A DNA stretch of 63,952 nucleotides, filler included, from Thraustochytrium aureum (Eukaryota), in assembly GCA_012862495.1 (NCBI GenBank). It is 6 parts of 6 records of this genome, joined end to end, with 100 filler letters (N's around TTAATTAATTAA, not from the genome) between each part and the next. Parts side by side here need not be neighbours in the genome. Positions count along the whole stretch, not along the records: positions 1 to 22,976 come from BLSG01000067.1; positions 23,077 to 42,840 come from BLSG01000069.1; 4 more parts are not named here. One strand, written 5' to 3'. The notes under the pieces are model-generated. The model had not been told where the DNA came from, made no database searches, and saw only the letters and a list, made by a program, of their open reading frames with translations. Numbering within the stretch: the stretch's first letter is position 1; each line of letters starts with the position of its first letter. Both the position numbers and the translations under genes were made by a program. Below, piece by piece: positions 22,244 through 32,744 of the stretch.

Positions 22244-22766
22244 GCGCAAGGAGAGCGTTGCTCGGGAGCAGGTGGCCTTCCGGTGAGCACCATCAGAAAT
22301 CCTTCGATCAACGCAAATAGTTCCAATTGATAACCCATGTGGTTGGTGGCATCTCTCCACAGCGTCAACATCGCCATGTACCTGTTTGGCACGACGCTCA
22401 ACTTTGGCTTCTTTATGCTGGCCCGCGTTCGCGGCGGGCCTGGGTTCTTCGAGCACTACGCATTGTACACGGTGCACTTCGGCAGCGGCTTGCCTCCGAA
22501 CCAGATGTCGGGAGCGGCGGGGTCACCAAGAAAAACGCCCAAACTGGCAAAACGGCACACCTGCGCAACCTCAGTCCCACCTCCATCCTCCGCTGGGTTG
22601 GGTGCGAACGGTTCGTGAACACTACCGCTCCGCCACTCGGCGCGCGTGAATCTCCGAGTCTCTTGATTCTTTCCTGAAGGTATTTCAAGAAAAATGAATT
22701 TATTAAATAATCCACGAGAAAATGGACTCTTTACGTAAGACTTGATGTGTGTATATCCCTAACCGG

Positions 22767-22856
22767 AATCTGAGCATATATATTATGCCTAGATTTTAAA
22801 GAACAAAATTAATTCGCCGGTGGTTCAAATGTAGGCATAAAATATATGCCCAGATT
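22767..22856. repeat. AT-rich 33-bp inverted repeat with 24-nt loop (MITE-like or hairpin)
   Basis: 22767-22799 matches the reverse complement of 22824-22856 at 29/33 positions. Confidence 0.8.
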
Positions 22857-22976
22857 AGCTGCATCGTGGCCCGCGAGATACGACCGCTCGCCCTACAGAC
22901 TGCGAAAGGCGAGACGGCACGCAGCAGCAGCCCCGGCACGTGTTGGAGCTCGCGATCCCCCCCGGTTGCACGTCGG

Positions 22977-23076
22977 NNNNNNNNNNNNNNNNNNNNNNNN
23001 NNNNNNNNNNNNNNNNNNNNTTAATTAATTAANNNNNNNNNNNNNNNNNNNNNNNNNNNNNNNNNNNNNNNNNNNN
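22977..23076. other. Artificial contig spacer N44-TTAATTAATTAA-N44
   Basis: Six-frame stop linker, exactly 100 nt. Confidence 0.95.
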
Positions 23077-23141
23077 CTGAAAGCAATGCGTGAAAGATAA
23101 CAACAGATCGTTTTCTCGGCACAGTTCTCCATAAAGTCGTC

Positions 23142-24484
23142 TTAGCGCATCCGGCGCGTATAGACACCCTCCGCATCAACGCCGCGCAAATTCTCGGCCG
23201 TCGACTTGTCCCAGGCACGCGCCTCCAGCATCGCCTTCGGTGCTGAGAAGGGCGGCAGAGGCTCGTTCCTCGATATGGCAACCATCTCGCGGTAGCACTG
23301 CGCCTGCTGTGCAAAAAACTCGATCTTCGGCCCGATGGCAAACATCTTGAGCGGGCGGAGATAAAATGGGAGCATGATGTCCTCCACGCGGGGCAGTTCC
23401 TCGATCTCGCCTCTGATCAGCCGGCCGGAGCAGTCGGGAGACCCGCAGAGCGGCCGGCAACCCCGATGATGTCGCACTCGCCCTGCCCGAGCGCTCTGTC
23501 CATCCCAGAGCGCTTGCGAAAGCCGCCCGTGACAGCAAGGCGCGCGCTGGAGACAATGTTTTGAACTTGCACTGCAAAGTCGAGGAAGAAGGCCTCGCGC
23601 TCCACGGTGGACTTGTTCTTGGCCCCGAAGAGCGATGTCCCGGGCTTGGTCAACAGCATGGTCGGGGCCTCGTAGTTGCCGCCTGAGATCTCGATGAGGT
23701 CCACGCCAGCAGCGTCCAGCTTGGACACCACCTCCTTGCAGTCCTCCGTGGAAAAGCCACCCTTCTGAAAGTCGCTGCTATTGATTTTAACAGCGATGGC
23801 AAAACCGCTGTCGCGCAGCGCCTGCACGTCTTCGACGATCTCAAGCATCAGGCGCGCGCGGTTTTCGAGGCTACCGCCGTATGCGTCGGTGCGCTTGTTG
23901 GCGCGCGGGTTGAGGAAGCTTGACAAGAGGTACCCGTGCGCGCCGTGCAGCTGCACCCCGTCAAACCCGGCCTCCTTGCAGACTGCTGCGGCCTTGACAA
24001 AGCGATCGCGGATGTCGGCGATCTCTTCGAGGGTCAGCGCGCGGGTGGTCTTGTCGCTTGGTGCATCCGGGTTGGGGTCCTTGATCCCAAGGTCGCTCGG
24101 ACCGACGAGGCTTTTGTTCACCAAGTAAGATGACTGGCGGCCGGCGTGGCCCAGCTGTACAAAGACGCGAGCGCCACCCTCTTTTGAGGCCTTCGCCCAC
24201 GCCTTGAGGCGCTCCATCTGTTCTTGGTCCTGCGGCCCGTCAATGGCCACGTTTCCGGGCGCCTCCATGTACCTTCGGTCGACCTGGACGTTGCCGGTGA
24301 TGAGCAGACCCGTCCCTCCGTTGCTCCAAGCCCGGTACAAGTTTACATACCCGTCCGTGGCCCGGTTCCACTCGTCTGCGAGCCGCTCTGTCATTGCGGC
24401 CTTCATGATGCGATTCGGCAGGTCCAGTCCGCACGGGAGCGTTAGCGGCGTCCCGACATCAACGACATCAGCGGCATCGCCCAT
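23142..24484 (-). CDS. NADH:flavin oxidoreductase / Old Yellow Enzyme family; frameshift near 23455
   Basis: LPNRIMKAAMTE, QLGHAGRQ, GFDGVQLHGAHGYLLSSFL, NKRTDAYGGSLENRAR and TGGFR. One added base restores DIIGVxRPLC and joins ORF 23142..23477. Confidence 0.9.
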
Positions 24485-24889
24485 CCTCCTTGCTCTTATT
24501 CCCTCGTCCGAGTTGCTACCGCTGCCTCGTCACTGTGTTGATCGGCTTGGTGAGTAGCGTTGCGTCTTTGCTCGCCATCCTGGCCACCATCCGGGTCTAC
24601 CGGTGCATGTCGCCGAGCTGCGCGGGTTTGCGCGACGACCGCCAACCTTCGCGACTGTACACATCATTAGAGTCAACAACGACCAACGCAGTGCGGCTTG
24701 GACGTGGACAGCAGCAGCCATCAACTGTCGAAACCGAAAGACTCGCGCGCCAGCTCCCAGCTCGGAAGACTCGCGCGCGCCAACTCGTCCGTGAATTGGT
24801 AGGAAAAGCCGCACACTCTCGCGCATGTTCAACGAAGATGTAAGAGTTGCCGTAAAGTCGGAAACGGAATGGAAAGCGGACCGAGGCGA

Positions 24890-25007
24890 CATGATTGATC
24901 AGGACTTCATGGAGTCCCATGACTTGCACATGATTGATCAGGACTTCATGGCTTGCACACAGGACTTCATGGAGTCTCATGACTCGGACTTGCACAAGTC
25001 GGTCATG
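24890..25007. repeat. Imperfect nested direct repeats (CAGGACTTCATGG x3)
   Basis: catgattgatcaggacttcatgg occurs twice, plus a third partial copy. Confidence 0.75.
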
Positions 25008-25697
25008 CGACGACTCGCAAGGCTCGAGTTCTTTCGTTCCTTGAAAGGTTATGCGAAACGACCGCTCACCGCTTGTGCACCTTCGTCGAAACCCGCTGGC
25101 CGCGGCCAACTCTGCGTTCGGTATCACTAAACCAACGCCCACAATACCTGCAGCACGTACAAGAACACGAGCCCCGGCCACCCTGAGGAGGAATCGAGGT
25201 GTGTACTCCAACCTCTGCGCGCGGAAGGGAGTGTGCGTTGATCATGGCGGTTTGGGATGTCGCGAAAGTGGCGGGTGCCAGCCATGTCAAGCCAGGTCCT
25301 CCTCCAAGCCAGGTCCTCCTCCATCTCCTCATCACGTCAGGCCTACCTATGCTCGCACGCAGGCAGTCATCTCAGTAGTCTGGCAGTCGTCAGTCAGTCT
25401 GGCAGTCAGGCAGTGAGTCTGGCACTCAGGGTGCACGCATCCACGCGGCACGCGCAATAGCCACAGGTCTCGGGACGCACGGCATTCAGTCACACAGCAG
25501 GAGTTCTCCACTCCGTCCCGTGAGGTCGTCCAGATACCCTTCGCCTTCGCAGACGGACCTGGCCTGGCTGCTTCGCTTGGACGTGTTTCGAGCGAGCCGG
25601 AAGGGCAGACGCGCAGTTTGCGACGGGCGAGGACCTGCCAGGGGTCGCTCGCGAGCCGCGCGCGCGGGCAGGGCAGTCTGTCGGCCGTGGGGCGGAG

Positions 25698-26351
25698 ATG
25701 TCGACGAGCACGGCTGCCAAGGGCAGGGATGACGGCAACTCGGAAGGTGGGCAGAGCTCGGCGCTGACTCTCGGGATCAACTTCTTCCCGCGCAACTTGG
25801 AGCAGCTGCGGGGCGTGATCTCCAAGCTCGCAGTGGTGCGCGTCGTGCAGTTCGTCTGCGCGGTGATCGCGCTCGTCTGCAGCTCGTCCTCACTTGCCAA
25901 GGTGAAGGGCGTGGTCGAGACCCTGCAGCCCACGCAGGTGATCTACCAGGCAATCGACCACTCGACGGATACAGCGCGGTACATGGTCGCCACTTCGTTC
26001 TTGGTTGGCGCCTACGCGATTGTCAACGGAACAGCCTTGTTTTACCTAAAGGACCCCAGCTACCGCATCACGCCCATCAACATGCGCATCGTACGCGCCA
26101 GCTTCGTGACAGACGTGCTCGCCATGTTCATGTCGCTTGGCGCGTTCGCTGCGGGCCTGGGCAGCAGCCTCACTCTCGGCGTGCTGGACCAGCTGGGCTC
26201 GTCCCAAATCACAAATCAGGTCGGCCTGGCTCTCGCCTTTTTGTGCATTCTCTGGCTCTCCTTTGGGTACGGGATCATCCTGAGCGTCGTAATCTGGTCT
26301 CACCAGAACTACATTGCCGAGGGTTCGCAGATGCAAAACACTGTGCCCTAG
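25698..26351 (+). CDS. Four-TM CASP-like (DUF588)/MARVEL-type membrane protein
   Basis: 217 aa with four hydrophobic helices; TM1 VRVVQFVCAVIAL, TM3 DVLAMFMSLGAFAAG. Confidence 0.6.
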   Translation: MSTSTAAKGRDDGNSEGGQSSALTLGINFFPRNLEQLRGVISKLAVVRVVQFVCAVIALVCSSSSLAKVKGVVETLQPTQVIYQAIDHSTDTARYMVATSFLVGAYAIVNGTALFYLKDPSYRITPINMRIVRASFVTDVLAMFMSLGAFAAGLGSSLTLGVLDQLGSSQITNQVGLALAFLCILWLSFGYGIILSVVIWSHQNYIAEGSQMQNTVP

Positions 26352-26830
26352 CTTTCGCCGCGTTCGCAACGTTGGTTATATCTTTTTTTAGCTTTAGGAA
26401 CGATGGACCATGGCGCCATGGCTGGCCGTGGTGTCCCCATCAAGCTTTGTCGACGCTCACAAAACTAGTTCGCACTAGCCTTGCCGAGGACGCAGCTGCA
26501 ACTGTGCAGCCGGCAGTCCTCCGGCGCGGCACAAGCGACGTACGTCGAGTGCCTTGCAGAGGCCGACGAGCATGGGCCATGTGCCTCCGAACGGCGGCGT
26601 GCCGCTCGAACCCAGGTAGAGAAACAAGAGGCACGGCTCTGCTCTCCCTGCTCGAGAACGGCGAGGCGACTTGAAAAGGGTCAAGGCCGCCCAGGCCAAA
26701 AACAGAAAAATGAGTTTTTTGGCTGCCACGGAACAATCTCTCGCTTGCTCCTTCGTCTCCTGCGAGATGCAGACTAATAGTCAAGTTGCGGGCGGTCGCC
26801 GCGCCGCTTGAGCCGAGCTCGTCCCACCGG

Positions 26831-27570
26831 CTACATCAGCAACCGCTGCTTTTTGTAAAGCACGAACGACACCGGGAGCGAAGCAAACGCGCTGAGCACA
26901 AGCAGCACCAGGAAGGCGACGACCGCGCCAACCTTGGCGATGCCGAAACCAGAAAACGCTGCCGACGCCGCAAACGCGGACAGGTACACGTACGTGAACA
27001 CGACGTCGTAAATTAGCGATGCGAGGCCAAACTTGCCCGAGTCTCCCTTGCCTTGCAAGAGCATCACGCCAACGCCCCCGTCATGGCANNNNNNNNNNNN
27101 NNNNNNNNNNNNNNNNNNNNNNNNNNNNNNNNNNNNNNNNNNNNNNNNNNNNNNNNNNNNNNNNNNNNNNNNNNNNNNNNNNNNNNNNNNNNNNNNNNNN
27201 NNNNNNNNNNNNNNNNNNNNNNNNNNNNNNNNNNNNNNNNNNNNNNNNNNNNNNNNNNNNNNNNNNNNNNNNNNNNNNNNNNNNNNNNNNNNNNNNNNNN
27301 NNNNNNNNNNNNNNNNNNNNNNNNNNNNNNNNNNNNNNNNNNNNNNNNNNCCAGCCCCGCCACGAACTGAAACCCGCGCACAGCGACCGAGGCCGTCACA
27401 AGCTGCCGCATTTCACGCGTATCCTTGGGATGAAACGTCGGGCCAAGCCACGCGACGGGATCAAACTCCGCGTCGCCGCCAGTCCACGGCGCCCCGGTCG
27501 CAGTGCTCTGCGGCCTGTCCGCAGCCGCCTTGACCTGCACGCTCACGTCGGTGCCTTCCGCCTCCGACAT
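26831..27570 (-). CDS. Paralog of 25698..26351 (CASP-like/MARVEL); internal gap
   Basis: LGPTFHPKDTREMRQLVTASVAVRGFQFVAGL aligns with LGINFFPRNLEQLRGVISKLAVVRVVQFVCAV; ASLIYDVVFTYVYLSAFAA aligns with ASFVTDVLAMFMSLGAFAA. Confidence 0.65.
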
Positions 27571-28122
27571 TCTGCTGCGTCAAGCGCGACGGCCTCCTTC
27601 CCCAAGTCCTGCAACACCACGTCAGTGCGTACCTCGGCGAGTACGTTGGTGAGAGCAGCGGTGCGCCTGGTGCCTGGAGCCTGCCTGTGTCGCTGGTCTG
27701 CGTGGGTCTGTTGGAACGACTTCGGAAGTGGCGTTGTGCACTTTGCGTTGGCTGGTTTGGCGCGCCGTAAACATCGTTTTCCGCCTTTTTCGGCGATACA
27801 ATTGTCTTCGTAAACCTTTAGAAGGATACTCAAAGTACTATTGCCCTATTGCCCTGCGGGGCAGTGTGCGACGCGCCCCAAGCCCGAATAGAGTCCGTGG
27901 GGTGCAGCGGCTGGCGCCGAGTTGGCGGGCCCTCGAGATTGCGCGAGATCGATCGATTACAGGTGCATTGCACATCTCCAGTTGCAATGCACCTGTCGAG
28001 CTCCATGCCAAGGAGGATCCGACCGTACTCACCTACCTACTGGAAGCTGCTGCTCCGCGTGGAGCCGCAGCCGCACTGGTCGCCACTCTCGACCGCTTGA
28101 TGGAGAGAATTGGGAGAAGCGG

Positions 28123-29262
28123 TCAGACCACTGAAAAGGCATCCTCGCCCTGCTTGCCGCGTCCGCGCGAGTTGTCGCTGGCCCCACTGCCAGCGTCGCT
28201 CGTGCCGCCTTGTGACGGTGCGTCGAGGCTGGCCGCGTCGTCGCTGGTCATGTAGAGCGAGCGCAAAGCCAACGCAATAAACTCCTTATTCGCCGGAGGC
28301 ACCATCGCTCCCTGGCGCAGGCCGTAGACGCACGCGCTGAAAGGCCAAGGCGGGGAGAAGCCCGACCGCAGCGTCGCAGCCAAAGCAGCGCAAGGCTGCG
28401 AGTAAAAGAGCCCTGACCCCGGCTGGGCCGGCTCAGGCTTCTCAAAGTCCTCGAGCGGGTCGAAGATCCTGTCTCGCAACTGCATCGACTCAGCGAGTTG
28501 GTTTCCTCGGAACGACCCGTCCGAAAAATCAGAGACCCAGGGGCGCTCCGCCGCTTTGGAAAGCGCTGCTGTCACGAGCGAGTGCCAAGCGGCGCGCGCA
28601 AGGGGCGAACTCGAGTTTGTTTCCATGAGGCAGGAAACCGGGAAGGCGACGAGGGACACGTCGGTGAGCGCGCGCGTGCGCAAGCGCTGCTTGGAGAACC
28701 CCACGTGCAAGCCGATGACGTTGAGGTACTTGATGTCAAAGACCTCGCCCGAATAAAGAGTGAATCCGAGTTTTTTGCCGTCAACGCGCGACTCGGCAAA
28801 GACGCGGCCTTCAAGTACGATGTATATGACGAGCTCCCCCATCATGCCCTCCGGGATGAGGTCGCCCTTCGTGAACTTGTGCACTTGCATGTGCGGCGCG
28901 AGGAACCTTTTGAAAAGGATGCGCGAGATCCCACTTCGTCGATAAAACATGCGCCACAAGAGTTCCTCGTGCTCGCTCAGGCTGATCCAGCGCTCGTCAA
29001 GCAAAAGCCGCGTGATGCTCGACATGTGCACGTACAGGTTGATTACGCACCACACTAGGGTGTCCAAGGGAAGCACGATGGGCTCGCTGATCACATTCGG
29101 CCAAAGCGGCCAGCCCGTCGCCGCGTTGATGACCACCCACGAGTACGCCAGAATGAGGCACGCGCGCACCACCAAAAGGTCGCCGAAGAGCCCAGACAGC
29201 ATGAACGAAAAGTTGGCGAGCTGCATCCATATCGAGCCCGGCGTCCCAACCTGGACCGCCAT
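28123..29262 (-). CDS. Popeye-domain-like protein (3 TM plus cNMP-binding-like fold)
   Basis: QLANFSFMLS..DLLVVRACLI..DTLVWCVIN, ERWISLSEHEELLW..GISRILFK and IYIVLEGRV..LYSGEVFD. Confidence 0.7.
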   Translation of the reverse strand: MAVQVGTPGSIWMQLANFSFMLSGLFGDLLVVRACLILAYSWVVINAATGWPLWPNVISEPIVLPLDTLVWCVINLYVHMSSITRLLLDERWISLSEHEELLWRMFYRRSGISRILFKRFLAPHMQVHKFTKGDLIPEGMMGELVIYIVLEGRVFAESRVDGKKLGFTLYSGEVFDIKYLNVIGLHVGFSKQRLRTRALTDVSLVAFPVSCLMETNSSSPLARAAWHSLVTAALSKAAERPWVSDFSDGSFRGNQLAESMQLRDRIFDPLEDFEKPEPAQPGSGLFYSQPCAALAATLRSGFSPPWPFSACVYGLRQGAMVPPANKEFIALALRSLYMTSDDAASLDAPSQGGTSDAGSGASDNSRGRGKQGEDAFSVV

Positions 29263-29963
29263 CCTCGGCCGCGCGCAACGACGGAATCTGCCGCAAGAAA
29301 AAGAATCGCAGAGCGCGCCTCGTCACGAGCGTGGGCCAATCGCGAGCGCGCCGGAACGGCCTCCGCTGCGCCACTCGGAGCGCCCGTTGGCTCTGGCGAC
29401 AGACAGCCTATGCACAGTCTGTCTGTCCCACAGCCCTCGTTCGAGACCCAGCAAGAAAGTCTGTCTCCCGAAGCGACCTGTGGGTCAGCGGTATCTGTGC
29501 GTCTATCCTTCTTGCTGCGCGGCTGCGCGACCGGCGCACAACAGAGCCCCGGGGCTGCCGTCACGCAGCAACGCCGTTCGTTGCCTTGCTGGGCGGTTGA
29601 CGCGCGAATTGCATGCATGGCAACAAAACACGATTGGCAAACCCTCAGGAGCGACGGAGGCCGCTCGTGGAGCGGACAAATCTGTCCGTTAAATGCGTTC
29701 GCGCCAGGCACGCAGGCACGCGGTTGACGGCGAGCGAGCGCCTCTCGCGGTGCTGCGGAGCAGACGCGCAGCGGCCGCTCCGACGAAGAACGCGCAAAAA
29801 CCGGGCAAGCTCGGGCCAGCAAGCAGAGCGTCAAGGCTTGCTTTGCTTGCTCGTGCCGTTGTCACAAACGCGACCCCACCAACCGACGGCGCGCGGCGCA
29901 GGGAGCCAGCCAGGCGCGGGAGGTTGGTTCGCTCAAGCGTGCGTGGCGCTGCAAGTCGGGACG

Positions 29964-30170
29964 ATGGACGAAACGCGGATTTTCCAGGCGGAGCAGATTG
30001 TGATCAAGCCGGAGCTCGCCGGGGTGCTCAAAGACTACGCAAAGGCCATGATCCGAGCGCAGCCAGGGTCGCGCGAGGAGCTCCAGCGGCTGTCGTACGA
30101 GTATTTTGAAAAGCGGATGGAGGAGCGCGAGGACCGCGAAGAGGAGTCAAAAGGGGGGGCTGGGCACTAG
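29964..30170 (+). CDS. 68-aa RIIa dimerisation/docking domain protein (ropporin/ROPN1L/RSP11-like)
   Basis: MDETRIFQAEQIVIKPELAGVLKDYAKAMIRAQP..LSYEYF. Confidence 0.75.
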   Translation: MDETRIFQAEQIVIKPELAGVLKDYAKAMIRAQPGSREELQRLSYEYFEKRMEEREDREEESKGGAGH

Positions 30171-30439
30171 TACTCTGCATGCTGGCCTTCAAGGCTTTGG
30201 CTCCTTGCTCGCCCGTACGCCTCCATCCCTGCAGCTGCTTTCGGCGCGACTTGAGGCGGCAAGGCCGGGTACGGTACGCGCTAGCGCACATAAAAGAATT
30301 TCCTCTCTTCCTTTGCATCTTCACGCTACGCTGGCCCGCGCTGCCCCAGGCTTAACTTTTAAAAGCAGCCAAAGAGGCAGCCCGCACCGTCCTTTCTCGT
30401 CGCCGTTTTCTTTCTCCCACGGCAAATGCCGCGCCGCCT

Positions 30440-32039
30440 CTACGAGCGACCCTTAAACTTGGACCGCCGAGCCTCGGACGAGAGCCGCTCGTTCTCTAGA
30501 GCGCGCCGCTTCGCGATCTGGATGCGCTTGTTCAAAGTCGCCTCCTCGCTGCCCTTCTTACTCGCACTAGTCTTCTCCGCGCTGCTGACCGGGGTCTGCG
30601 CCTTGACCGAGCTGCGCTTGAGCGCCGACTGCCCAGGCGAGCTCGTCTTGGCGGCCGGCTTTACGGGGGTCGTGCGCAGGCGCTTCATGCTTACATTGTG
30701 GTCAAGCTCTTGCGAGTGCTTGAGCGCAAACCGAAGCTTTTCTTGGTGGAGGAAACCACGGCCGATTCCACCGGGGTTGCCTCACCCGCCCCCTCGAGGC
30801 TTGTCCTGCGCTTTTTCTTGCCCGACTTGCTCGCAGACTCGGCGACGGGCGACTTCTCCTGGTCCTGCGCAGCAACTTTTGGCGACTTTTGTTTGGAAGA
30901 CTTGGACGAGCTCTTGGCTGCAGGGCTAGGCGTTTCAACCGTGTCCTGGCCTTGCACCTGGTCGACCACCTCCTTTTCTGGTTTTTGTTTCTTGTCCTTC
31001 TTGTCCTTCTTGGCTTTTTTGGCTGCCTTCTTGGCTGCCTTTTCAGCTGCCTTGCGCTGCGCGGCCGCATCGGGCGACGAGGCGCCCTCGTCCGAGTCCT
31101 TGCCGTCGTCGGTCATCCGGTCGAAATCGCGCTTTAGGTTGCGCGGGGCGTCGTCCATGTCGACGTCATCCGCATCAGCCTTCGCAGGGGAAACGTCGCC
31201 GAGCCCGACGAGTTGGTCGGATCGCGGCGTCGCATCGCGCGCCGCGGGCGAGGCGGCGCGGCTTGCGCTCCCCTGTCCTTTCTCCCCGTTTGACGCGGCA
31301 ACTTTGCGAAACTCGGCACTCAGCTCGTACAGGATCTTGCGGCTGCGATCGACCTCGACCACGTCGGCGCCGATCGAGAACAGCGAGGCCGCCACGTCCT
31401 TGAGCCGCAGCCGCTCAAGGGGTTCCCTCAGCAGCGGGCGAAACACGGTCTTGACGACATGGTCAAAGTGATACTTGGAGTCTGATTCCCCCAGAGCAAT
31501 ATAAAAGGGGCTCAGCGTCTCGTGCAGGTCCTCCCCGCTCAGCGAGGTGGTGCATCCCGACTGCTCGAGCTCGTTGAGATAAACGTCGCACAAATGGAAG
31601 CGCAGCCCGTCGGGCTTGCGCTTGACAACCTCTTCCACGAGGACGGTGCAATAGTCCTCGAGCAAGCTGGCCGAGGCGGCAACGCGCAGGCCCTCGCGCA
31701 CCATGTAACGGTACAGCGAGTAAAACTTGTCGATGCGGTGCTTGTCCAGGCCGCCCCACTGCGCTGCATGGTGCGGGAGAACGCGCTCTGGAACCGAACC
31801 GAGTTCTCCGGCGCCCGGAACAGGCCCGTCAGCTCTGCGAGCGCGTTGGCGAGCTCCTGCTGGATTGGCACCTTGTCGGACATCCAGAAGCAGAAAAACA
31901 GGCCTCTCCACAGTTTCAGCAGCTCGAGCTCCGACAAGTTCCCGGCGCGCTTTTCGCGCAGCTTGATCCATCTCCGCAGCCCTCGCATGGTCGCATCGCG
32001 CTCTTCCTTCTTGTTGGACGCGAGCGCCTTGGCAAACAT
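30440..32039 (-). CDS. RRP1: Ribosomal RNA processing protein 1 (Nop52); frameshifts near 31762 and 30740; 5' end at a gap edge
   Basis: ALASNKKEERD, LLKLWRGLFFCFWMSDK..QQELA and WGGLDKHRIDKFY. Lys-rich tail; the corrected frame gives KKLRFALKH, leading into ORF 30440..30688. Confidence 0.85.
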
Positions 32040-32744
32040 NNNNNNNNNNNNNNNNNNNNNNNNNNNNNNNNNNNNNNNNNNNNNNNNNNNNNNNNNNNNN
32101 NNNNNNNNNNNNNNNNNNNNNNNNNNNNNNNNNNNNNNNNNNNNNNNNNNNNNNNNNNNNNNNNNNNNNNNNNNNNNNNNNNNNNNNNNNNNNNNNNNNN
32201 NNNNNNNNNNNNNNNNNNNNNNNNNNNNNNNNNNNNNNNNNNNNNNNNNNNNNNNNNNNNNNNNNNNNNNNNNNNNNNNNNNNNNNNNNNNNNNNNNNNN
32301 NNNNNNNNNNNNNNNNNNNNNNNNNNNNNNNNNNNNNNNNNNNNNNNNNNNNNNNNNNNNNNNNNNNNNNNNNNNNNNNNNNNNNNNNNNNNNNNNNNNN
32401 NNNNNNNNNNNNNNNNNNNNNNNNNNNNNNNNNNNNNNNNCTTTAAGAGTGCCCCCGCGGAGAGCGGCGGGAAGCTGCGGCTGAGGTGGCGGGGCTGGTC
32501 TTTACGGGGGGGAGGTTAGGGCGGGCGGGATTGCGGCTCAGGTCGAGTGGTTTTTCGGGCAGGCTGGTTTTGGATGTGACGCGGGTTTGGCAGTGCCCTG
32601 GAGCGGATTGTGTGGCAGTGCCCGAGTGCGTGGAGAGCTCTCGCGCGGCGCTGCGGTGGCTGTGCGAAGGCCTGCGGAATCTGGCCTCTTCGACGCGCGC
32701 CCTGCTGAGCCTGCGTCTTTCGACTTCCACGTTTGGCGGGCGGA

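Noticed and set aside
22821..22831. tRNA or Pol III B-box (GGTTCAAAT)
   Set aside because: No cloverleaf or A-box, and it lies within the inverted repeat.
23021..23032. TTAATTAATTAA as a piggyBac TTAA target site or biological repeat
   Set aside because: Always flanked by exactly 44 N on each side, so it is an assembly linker.
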